In this document: in pieces, positions 56,752 through 64,000 of the stretch
Position numbering within the stretch: the stretch's first letter is position 1
Layout of the letters: each line of letters starts with the position of its first letter
From: a virus
Virus record (IMG/VR): IMGVR_UViG_3300025131_000017
Coordinates: 1-64,000 of that record
DNA length: 64,000 bases
Direction: 5' to 3' (one strand)
The notes under the pieces: generated by a model
Database searches by the model: none
What the model was told of the DNA's origin: nothing
What the model saw: only the letters and a program-made list of their open reading frames with translations
Position numbers and translations under genes: made by a program

Positions 56752-57688
56752 CTTTTAGGTTCTGAAAATCATCAGGATTTTCTGTAAAGTATTCTTTAAT
56801 ACTATTTAATCCCATTACTTTAGTTTCTCCATAAGTATACCAAGCCCCTGCTTGAGTAATCATCTTTTGAGCAATACCTTCTCTTATATAACTTTCTAGA
56901 ATATCTATTCCACCATCTACCCTAAAAGGAACTATAGCAGATTTCCAATTTTCTCCACCTACTTTAGTCTTTCGTAGTCTGATTTCCATATCAAATCCTA
57001 CGTTTTGTTCTGTTTTACCTTGTTTTTCTTTTATCCACCCAGCCCTTCTAACTTGCATTAAAAAGTGTGCAAAGAATGATTGTGCTACTCCACCGGGCAT
57101 GTTGTCCAATGCAACAGGACCTAAACTTTGTCTTACTTGATTAATTGCTACGAAAGCTGAACCCTTACCTAAATGTGCTAATAACTTTGGTAAAGCACTA
57201 TTAACAAATCTAGCTTGCCAAGCCATAGGATTATATCCGAATTCTTCTTCTTGTACTACTGAAGGAACTAACCCCGCAATACTATCTAATATGATTATAT
57301 CAATTCCTGCATTCATTAATTCTCTTATAGTATTTAAAGCATCTTCACCATTAGTAGGTTGAGACACTAGTATACTAGATGTATCTATTCCACACTTAGC
57401 CATCCACTTAGAATCCCATGATAACTCTGTATCAATCCATGCGGCATTTCCCCCATCTTTTTGTACATTTACCACAACTTGTGATGCTAAGTAAGACTTA
57501 CCAACATTTGTTGGACCATATATTAAGGTGAATCTTTTCTTTGGAATCCCTCCACCTGTAAGTTGGTCAAGGGCTGGAATATTAAATGGTATCCTTCCAT
57601 AGTTAAATGTATCACTATCACCTAGTTCTAAATTTAAATTCTTATCTTTTAACAATTGTTGTATTGCTTCTTCTGCATTATCTTTCAT
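56735..57688 (-). CDS. recA: RecA/UvsX-like recombinase
   Basis: GGGIPK, GPTNVGKS, WIDTE, ILDSIAGL, INQVR, GAWY. Confidence 0.92.
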   Translation of the reverse strand: MKDNAEEAIQQLLKDKNLNLELGDSDTFNYGRIPFNIPALDQLTGGGIPKKRFTLIYGPTNVGKSYLASQVVVNVQKDGGNAAWIDTELSWDSKWMAKCGIDTSSILVSQPTNGEDALNTIRELMNAGIDIIILDSIAGLVPSVVQEEEFGYNPMAWQARFVNSALPKLLAHLGKGSAFVAINQVRQSLGPVALDNMPGGVAQSFFAHFLMQVRRAGWIKEKQGKTEQNVGFDMEIRLRKTKVGGENWKSAIVPFRVDGGIDILESYIREGIAQKMITQAGAWYTYGETKVMGLNSIKEYFTENPDDFQNLKDELTT

Positions 57689-57947
57689 AATTACTCCATT
57701 TCTTTTTGTTGTTTAAGTGCATTGCTTCTGCCCATGCGAATAGAACAGCAGCGGTTTGTACAAGTTCAATGAATAGTTTGTTATCATCTTGTTCTTGAAT
57801 TCTTCTAGAAATATCTCCCATATGTTTAGTAGTTAAAACGTTCCAAAAGTTATTGGCATGGTTTTGTACTCCATAAACTTTTTCTTGTCTCTCACGTTCT
57901 GCTACAACAGCCTCTAAGACAACTAGTCTACTTGGACTATCAGGCAT
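57678..57947 (-). CDS. MazG-like helical protein
   Basis: ERERQ....G...ELVQTAAV..AW pattern; acidic catalytic residues look degenerate. Confidence 0.55.
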   Translation of the reverse strand: MPDSPSRLVVLEAVVAERERQEKVYGVQNHANNFWNVLTTKHMGDISRRIQEQDDNKLFIELVQTAAVLFAWAEAMHLNNKKKWSNYER

Positions 57948-58180
57948 TATTTCTTTTCTCCTTCTGGGTTAGCGTCTAAAACTTCTTCTACAGCGGCATC
58001 AACTTTTGCATCTAGTACTTTGTGAATCTCTGTAATAGTAATACTAGCGTCTTCTAATTGTGGTGCAGTAGGTAAGTTTGTATCTACTTTAGCTATTTCG
58101 ATATCTATTCTTGCAAATTGCATGTTGTTTATTGGACCTACTCTAAAGGTATATCCTTTTTTATAACTAATTTCTGGCAT
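57947..58180 (-). CDS. Hypothetical protein
   Basis: GAGGAG RBS. Confidence 0.7.
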   Translation of the reverse strand: MPEISYKKGYTFRVGPINNMQFARIDIEIAKVDTNLPTAPQLEDASITITEIHKVLDAKVDAAVEEVLDANPEGEKK

Positions 58181-58205
58181 TCTTTGTCTCCTCTAATTTA
58201 ATCAT

Positions 58206-58412
58206 TTATTTTCCTTGTCGTTTTTGTATACCATAAAAACCTAAAATCTTGTTATTACTAAGTCTTTTGTCATGCCCTATATGATACCCCCTATGACCAG
58301 AACAATAATAATGGTTTATACTTGAAAATAAGACATTGTTTCTGTAGGCAGAGGCTGCTTGTAAGGCACCACTTTTATTATATATTCTTTTGGTATTACA
58401 GTTTAGTTTCAT
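58206..58412 (-). CDS. Hypothetical protein
   Basis: C..KR.Y...YYC..H.GYHIGH metal-binding-like pattern. Confidence 0.55.
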   Translation of the reverse strand: MKLNCNTKRIYNKSGALQAASAYRNNVLFSSINHYYCSGHRGYHIGHDKRLSNNKILGFYGIQKRQGK

Positions 58413-58920
58413 TTTCTTCTAACTTTGAAATAGGTAAGTTCCACATATCTACTAACGTAGTAAAATTATTGGACTTATCTACATCTCCTTTATTCCATTT
58501 AGTTGCCTCTTTAAAATACTCTTTTGCATCCTTACTTCCCAAATACCACACATTTTTTAGGTCTTTATAAGCCGTCTGACCATTTGGTTTTTTTATAGCC
58601 TCACCAAACTCTAAGCTTATAAAAGCATATTTGTCGGGATTCTGGTGAGTACTAGTGTTCGCTACTGAAACATCATAATTTTGTCGAGGAGCCACTGTCC
58701 TTCTTTTAGTCTTTACTTCAACTTTTTCATTATTTAACACCACATCATAATCTTTCCCCCCAACGACTGCTGCCCCTGTATAAGCACAAAAAGCTTCTTC
58801 TCCTAAAAACCCTGCTAAGTTTCCTGTCCCTTTTGTTATAGAGTTTTTTATAGCCCCCATTTGAGTAGCTCGAACCTTAGCTCTGTCTATCATGTCTGGT
58901 GTGTGAGGAATTACAATCAT
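58396..58920 (-). CDS. PD-(D/E)XK-like phage protein
   Basis: GFLGEEA...DYD...VEVKTK. Confidence 0.65.
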   Translation of the reverse strand: MIVIPHTPDMIDRAKVRATQMGAIKNSITKGTGNLAGFLGEEAFCAYTGAAVVGGKDYDVVLNNEKVEVKTKRRTVAPRQNYDVSVANTSTHQNPDKYAFISLEFGEAIKKPNGQTAYKDLKNVWYLGSKDAKEYFKEATKWNKGDVDKSNNFTTLVDMWNLPISKLEENETKL

Positions 58921-59195
58921 TTTTTCTCCTTATCTTCAAAATGCAATAGTAACATTGCATAATGTATTATTTTTAATAAATCTTTTCGTGGAGTACCTTT
59001 CTTATCATATCGAGCTGCATACTTTAAAATGTTGCCTCTACAGAATGATTTAGCATCTCCACATGCCTCAATGAAATCTAAGGTTTGGACATCCCCTTCA
59101 CTATAATGTTGCCCATAAGTATTTTTTACATACTCCTCAATCTCATCTAAAATTTCCCATTCACCATACTTCATATTATTCATTATATATTGCAT
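58917..59195 (-). CDS. DUF3310-like protein
   Basis: HY...FCRGNILKY..RY.KK....DL.K..HY. Confidence 0.75.
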   Translation of the reverse strand: MQYIMNNMKYGEWEILDEIEEYVKNTYGQHYSEGDVQTLDFIEACGDAKSFCRGNILKYAARYDKKGTPRKDLLKIIHYAMLLLHFEDKEKK

Positions 59196-60300
59196 CCATT
59201 ATTTTTTCAACTACATTTACTGTTACTGCATTACCTAAAGTTTTATATCTTTGGGTATCTGATACTCCTTCAGTCCAACCATCTGGGAATCCTTGGAGCC
59301 GCTCGTACTCCGTAGGTGTGAGTCTTCTAATTCTGAAGTATGGGTTCTTTTTAAGTAAATAATGTTCCTTATCTCGTACTGATGTAGTTAAAGTACCAAC
59401 TAAGTTATCTGTTCTAGGTTCATATTGTTTACCGTTCCAAGGGGTATAATCTTTATCTTTTCTTTCCTTCCTTATCTTCTTGGCTTCATCGGTTCTTTTT
59501 TCTGTTAGCATTGTGTAAATACCACTTAATGAATATGATGTGTTTAAGGTATTTGATAAACCATTTTCAGATTTATAGATTCTTTGACCTTGTGGTTTGT
59601 TTCTTGTTAATTCAAATAACACTCCATGTGTATCTGTTGCTGTTAGAGTATGACTTGGTGCATTATTTTTTTTAAATCTTGTTCCATTCTGTTTCTTATT
59701 TATTCTTTGAGTATCTTGAACAGAATAAACATTTACTATTTCGTCTCTAGTAATTGTTGAGCCTTCTCCTGTGATAGGAAATATTTTTCGTCCACACTCT
59801 CCTCTAAGATGTCCGACAATATAGACCCGTTCTCTGTTTTGGGGAACTCCGAAGTCTTTGCTGTTAAGTACCTGCCATTCAACATCGTACCCCATGTCGG
59901 AGAGAACTTTAAGTATCGTATGGAAAGTTTGTCCAGATTCATGAGATAGTAAACCTTTAACGTTTTCAAGTACCAAATGTCTGGGTCTTTTTTCGGAACA
60001 AATCCTTGCGATGTCAAAAAAGAGTGTTCCTCTTGTATCGTCAAATCCTCTCCGCTTTCCAGCCACGCTGAATGCTTGGCAAGGAAATCCTGCACAAAGT
60101 AATTCAAATTCTGGGAGTTCATCTCCCATAATGTTAGTTGCATCTCCATAATTCTTAACTCCTTTAATTCTTTCTTCAAATATTTGTATAGCATATTTAT
60201 TTATTTCAGAATATCCTACTAGTTCAGCATCCATTGTTGATTGTTGAATACCTAATTCAAACCCACCTATTCCTGAAAACATTGAAAATACTTTTACCAA
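59176..60300 (-). CDS. dcm: DNA (cytosine-5) methyltransferase
   Basis: FSGIGG, GFPCQAFS, ENVKG, PQNRERVY, RRLTP.E.ERLQGFP, GNAV. Confidence 0.95.
   Translation of the reverse strand: MVKVFSMFSGIGGFELGIQQSTMDAELVGYSEINKYAIQIFEERIKGVKNYGDATNIMGDELPEFELLCAGFPCQAFSVAGKRRGFDDTRGTLFFDIARICSEKRPRHLVLENVKGLLSHESGQTFHTILKVLSDMGYDVEWQVLNSKDFGVPQNRERVYIVGHLRGECGRKIFPITGEGSTITRDEIVNVYSVQDTQRINKKQNGTRFKKNNAPSHTLTATDTHGVLFELTRNKPQGQRIYKSENGLSNTLNTSYSLSGIYTMLTEKRTDEAKKIRKERKDKDYTPWNGKQYEPRTDNLVGTLTTSVRDKEHYLLKKNPYFRIRRLTPTEYERLQGFPDGWTEGVSDTQRYKTLGNAVTVNVVEKIMDAIYNE
59736..60149 (-). CDS. Nested alternative-frame ORF within dcm (EcoHK31I beta-like polypeptide)
   Basis: AAGGAG RBS before ATG 60149; 137 aa ending LSDILEESVDEKYFLS. 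Confidence 0.65.
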   Translation of the reverse strand: MEMQLTLWEMNSQNLNYFVQDFLAKHSAWLESGEDLTIQEEHSFLTSQGFVPKKDPDIWYLKTLKVYYLMNLDKLSIRYLKFSPTWGTMLNGRYLTAKTSEFPKTENGSILSDILEESVDEKYFLSQEKAQQLLETK

Positions 60301-62303
60301 TCTATAAACTCCTTGTCTGTTGTGGGTAGATTATCCCAATCAATCCAATCTTCAATAGCAGCTGGGTTTAAATCTTTCTTACTTGCCCAAGATGGTGAAC
60401 ACATTTCCATATCAACTACTAGAGGAATATTTAAACTATTAGTTTGTAATAAATCTCTAATTTCATATGGAACTGAATCTAATTCAGTATTATGTATTTC
60501 ACATATAATTTCATCATGTACTTGTAGAAGTATATTACTTTTCTTAGATTCTAAATATTTATCTACTTCTAACATTCTTTCAGATAACAAATCAGCACTA
60601 GTACCTTGAACTAAATAGTTAACACCCTTATATGCAAAGTCTTTATTAATTAGGTATTTTCTACCATATCTATTCTTTATCCATCCTCGACTTTCAACAG
60701 TCTGAACCACTTTATCAAAAAAATCTTTTGAACCTTTCATACCTTCAAAGTATTGTTTTTTATATTTCCCAGCTTCTTTAGGTGTAGTTCCTAATTGTTG
60801 GGAAAGTTTTTTATTACCAATACCATAAATAGTTCCAAAGGTTATTGCCTTTGCCATTTGTCTATAGAATTTATATTGTTCATCATCTTCGTTTATATTG
60901 AAAGCTAACTTTGCAGCCTCTCCATGAAAATCTACATCATCTTTATTTAGAATTGCATTAATTATTTCATTTCTAAAATAAGACATAAATACCCTAACTT
61001 CCATTTGTTGATAATCAAATCCAACTAGTGTGTAATTATGTCGAGGAATAAACAATCGTCTAATAGCTATTTGGGTTTTATCATTATCATCATAAGATTC
61101 ATCACCTATAAATGACCATGTACCTAATACATCATTAGATAATTCGTCTTCCATAATAATACCTTTTTGTCCTACTATTGCGGCAATCTTATCCTTCATA
61201 CCTTGAACACCTTTATCGTCTAGTAAAGGTTCAACTAATTTAAAATGGTTTCTAGGGATATTTTGTAGGTTAGGTTCTCTACTAGATAGTCTACCTGTAG
61301 CAGTTCCCCAATTACAGAAATTAGTATGCATTGTATCTACTTCAAGATACGGGTCTATATAAGTAGACCTAAGTTTATCAATTGTCCTATATTGACGTAT
61401 AAGACCTGCTATTCGATGATTAATATTGATTAGTGCTGCCTCATTCCATGAATCTTGCCCCTTTGGTGTCTTTATTGGAGATTCAATACCCATGTTATTA
61501 AAAATCTCACCTATTTGTTTAGGACTAGAGATATTAAACTCTTGCCCCGCCAAAGTATGGATTTCTTGTTGAACATTTTCTAATCTAGATATAATGGAGT
61601 CCTTAGTAGTTTTAGCATATTGTTTATCTATACTTATCCCTCTTTGTTCCATCTTGTACAATACTTTAGTTAAATCGCATTCTAAGTCAAATATTTTAAG
61701 TTGTTGAGTTTTCTGTATCTTTTTTAAATAATCTGTATATATTCTTGCAGTTAAAAGCACATCTTTTTTACAATAATCACCCAACATCTCTGGAGGTGCT
61801 AATGAAAAATCTTTGTACCATTTATTTGATTTTAATAGTTTCTTTGTTTCAATATCATATGCAACTGCCTCTTCCCCATAGTTTCGTTTACCTGTAGGTG
61901 TAAGGGCAAGTTCTTTAGTATCACTATGTTCAATCAATCTCACCATAACAATAACATCGATTAACTTCTTACTAAGAACCTCTAATCCCTCTTTTTCTAA
62001 GAAATGTAAGTCAAATTTAATATTATAACCAATATAGTTTTTTACCAATTGGTTTAAAACAGAGATTAATTCCTCTACCAAACCCCAATCAAGATTTTCT
62101 CCTTGATGGTGTCTTATAGGATAATATTGAGATAAACCTTTGTGATTAGGTTCTCCTAATCCTATCCCACAAATTTGATTATAACCAAACGAATCTAACC
62201 CATTAGTTTCTACATCAACTACTATTGTTGGGTCTACCTCAAGAACTTGTTTTAATTTATTTAGTTCCTCTTGAAAGGTTTTGTTGGTTATTATTGACAT
62301 CAT
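60294..62303 (-). CDS. polA: DNA polymerase, family A (3'-5' exonuclease + polymerase)
   Basis: DVETNG, YNIKFD, TGRLSS.EPNLQNIP, DYQQMEVR, R..AK..TFG..YG, QGTSAD, QVHDE. Confidence 0.95.
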   Translation of the reverse strand: MMSIITNKTFQEELNKLKQVLEVDPTIVVDVETNGLDSFGYNQICGIGLGEPNHKGLSQYYPIRHHQGENLDWGLVEELISVLNQLVKNYIGYNIKFDLHFLEKEGLEVLSKKLIDVIVMVRLIEHSDTKELALTPTGKRNYGEEAVAYDIETKKLLKSNKWYKDFSLAPPEMLGDYCKKDVLLTARIYTDYLKKIQKTQQLKIFDLECDLTKVLYKMEQRGISIDKQYAKTTKDSIISRLENVQQEIHTLAGQEFNISSPKQIGEIFNNMGIESPIKTPKGQDSWNEAALININHRIAGLIRQYRTIDKLRSTYIDPYLEVDTMHTNFCNWGTATGRLSSREPNLQNIPRNHFKLVEPLLDDKGVQGMKDKIAAIVGQKGIIMEDELSNDVLGTWSFIGDESYDDNDKTQIAIRRLFIPRHNYTLVGFDYQQMEVRVFMSYFRNEIINAILNKDDVDFHGEAAKLAFNINEDDEQYKFYRQMAKAITFGTIYGIGNKKLSQQLGTTPKEAGKYKKQYFEGMKGSKDFFDKVVQTVESRGWIKNRYGRKYLINKDFAYKGVNYLVQGTSADLLSERMLEVDKYLESKKSNILLQVHDEIICEIHNTELDSVPYEIRDLLQTNSLNIPLVVDMEMCSPSWASKKDLNPAAIEDWIDWDNLPTTDKEFIDW

Positions 62304-62733
62304 GTACGTCTACTTTTATTTGTGCTTTGTTTAATATTTCTGTGGCTAAAGATTGATTGTATTGAATATTTGCAACGATTCTTTTAACTTTACTATTAGC
62401 TATCATCTTAGCACAAGGAATACATGGTGTAACTGTTAAATATGCAGTTAGAATGTCATTTGACCTTAATTGAAGGAATGCGTTTTGTTCAGCATGTACA
62501 GCTAAACATTTCTCCAAATCTTCTCCTGAATTAGATGTTGCACCTTCGCAAGGTACATCTAAACAATGTGGAAATTGTGTTGGTACACCATTATAACCTG
62601 TCGCCACAACATGGTTATTAGAATCTACCAACACACATCCAACTCTTCGTCTTCTACATGTAGACCTTTTGCCTACAAGTATAGCCATTTCTAGAAAATA
62701 ATCGTCTACTTCTAGTCTAGAATAATTCTTCAT
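62257..62733 (-). CDS. dCMP deaminase
   Basis: RSTC.RR.VG, TGYNG, HAEQNA, PC..C; start placed at ATG 62733. Confidence 0.9.
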   Translation of the reverse strand: MKNYSRLEVDDYFLEMAILVGKRSTCRRRRVGCVLVDSNNHVVATGYNGVPTQFPHCLDVPCEGATSNSGEDLEKCLAVHAEQNAFLQLRSNDILTAYLTVTPCIPCAKMIANSKVKRIVANIQYNQSLATEILNKAQIKVDVHDVNNNQQNLSRGTK

Positions 62734-63421
62734 CACCCAATGCACTATTCTCGGTTTCAACATTAGGTGCATTGAACTTACCATATCTTTCTAAAAAGTA
62801 AGATTTAATTGCTGGTAAGTCTTTAATTTCCTTTTGTCTATCTTCAGGAATTACATCGGTTTTAGGGGTTGCAACAATTTGATACGAAGTATCATACATA
62901 CCAGTTCCTGTTCTTTTGAATCGGATTACACCTTTATTCAAGGAACCCCAATCACTATAACAATCTACTAACTGATTCCATGTAGCATCTCTCATACCGA
63001 AACCTAATGAAACGATTCTAAAATCATTTACATCTTCTCGATACATTTTCTTGCCACTAGGACCTTCTATTTCTACCCAATCATCTACTTTCTTTGAAGT
63101 ATGTATTATATGGTATATATAAACCCAAAGAGCAAATTTGTGTTGTAGAATGGCATCTTCTGGTACCCCTGATGTATCCACACCCTCAGCCTTAATTACA
63201 TTTGTCCAATTACTACCACCAAAATTATTCTGGACTTGAAATGTATACAAATTAATGTCATCAAGATGTCCGGTGGTATCGTTGTCCTTTCCTGTAGCAA
63301 TAGATGTAGCAAAAATTTGGTCACCATCTTTTAACCAAACCTCTTTACCTCGGTCTTCAGGATTAGATGCTGGACCTCTAACTTCTTCTCTTCCTTTTGA
63401 AATTCTAGATATTCCACTCAT
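62717..63421 (-). CDS. Single-stranded DNA-binding protein
   Basis: KRTGTG..DTSY motif and acidic tail ending DEELF; lies between primase and polymerase. Confidence 0.7.
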   Translation of the reverse strand: MSGISRISKGREEVRGPASNPEDRGKEVWLKDGDQIFATSIATGKDNDTTGHLDDINLYTFQVQNNFGGSNWTNVIKAEGVDTSGVPEDAILQHKFALWVYIYHIIHTSKKVDDWVEIEGPSGKKMYREDVNDFRIVSLGFGMRDATWNQLVDCYSDWGSLNKGVIRFKRTGTGMYDTSYQIVATPKTDVIPEDRQKEIKDLPAIKSYFLERYGKFNAPNVETENSALGDEELF

Positions 63422-63439
63422 AATGAATTTTCTCCTTAT

Positions 63440-64000
63440 TTAAAAAATTGTTTTATTATTTGTAATTACGTTATTTAGTACTTTAATGTCTTGTATTTCT
63501 TGAACATCTTTGTATTTTTTAGGTAACTGTAAATATGATAACATGAAACGCTTAGACATGTCAACTGTAGCTTTTGATATTCCTTTTTGCCCAGCCTCAT
63601 CATTATCTAATGCTAAGACTACTTCGTCTGGATGTAAAGAACTTATTAAATCCATTTGTGTTGGGGATATTGATGCCCCTAAAATAGCGACTGCAGAATA
63701 TCCATTTTGTTGTAACCACATACAATCTAATGCACCTTCAACTACAAATAAAGTTTCAGCACTATAAATTTGATTTATTCCAAACAAACTATGAGACTTT
63801 GCAAACCCATATGAAAATAAATATTTAGGTATTGCAGCCCTTCTTCGGTTAATCCAACCTAGAATTTCATCTTTGGTATTTTCAACCGGAATTAAAAAAT
63901 CATCATAATTATTTGACTTACATCCCCATTGAGCAACACAATCCCTTGAAAACCCTCGTTTGTATATCCAATGATTAGTTGGTACGTCTTTTAAATTCTC
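63440..64000 (-). CDS. DNA primase (TOPRIM), partial; 5' end lies outside the window
   Basis: PKYLFS...LFG, VVEGALD, LALDNDEAG, KD; the frame continues upstream of the ORF-track start. Confidence 0.9.
   Translation of the reverse strand, partial: ENLKDVPTNHWIYKRGFSRDCVAQWGCKSNNYDDFLIPVENTKDEILGWINRRRAAIPKYLFSYGFAKSHSLFGINQIYSAETLFVVEGALDCMWLQQNGYSAVAILGASISPTQMDLISSLHPDEVVLALDNDEAGQKGISKATVDMSKRFMLSYLQLPKKYKDVQEIQDIKVLNNVITNNKTIF

Noticed and set aside
49490-62303. Inteins or introns in nrdJ, terminase, recA or polA
   Set aside because: The ORFs are continuous and of normal length, with no intein terminal motifs or homing-endonuclease inserts visible.
1-64000. tRNA/tmRNA genes, integrase, transposase or reverse transcriptase
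   Set aside because: None recognised by eye; tRNAscan-SE, ARAGORN and HMM searches would be needed to exclude them formally.

Overview
This window is an AT-rich segment of a large tailed (Caudoviricetes-type) bacteriophage genome. I saw no host housekeeping region, tRNA, CRISPR array or integrase. From the right end on the minus strand it carries a replication/recombination module (primase, SSB, dCMP deaminase, DNA polymerase A, C5 methyltransferase, RecA, Cas4-like nuclease, RuvC). Packaging and head genes follow (terminase small/large, class II RNR, portal, metallophosphoesterase, scaffold, major capsid, prohead protease), then small membrane proteins. An ~11 kb convergent early region (22.9-34 kb) is built from promoter-gene-terminator cassettes. 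Further left lie a quinolinate synthase (nadA), a plus-strand block of small genes, large candidate internal-virion proteins and tail fibres. Most notable: (1) a 1036-aa Nudix + ADP-ribosyltransferase-like + HipA/PI3K-like kinase fusion in a phage that also encodes nadA; (2) six copies of the palindrome CGATATATCG at cassette junctions, with two cassettes that appear to express structured non-coding RNAs; (3) a probable -1 frameshift extending the prohead protease; (4) a nested alternative-frame methyltransferase subunit; (5) tail-fibre repeats identical in protein but heavily recoded in DNA. All calls come from reading motifs by eye; no database searches were run.
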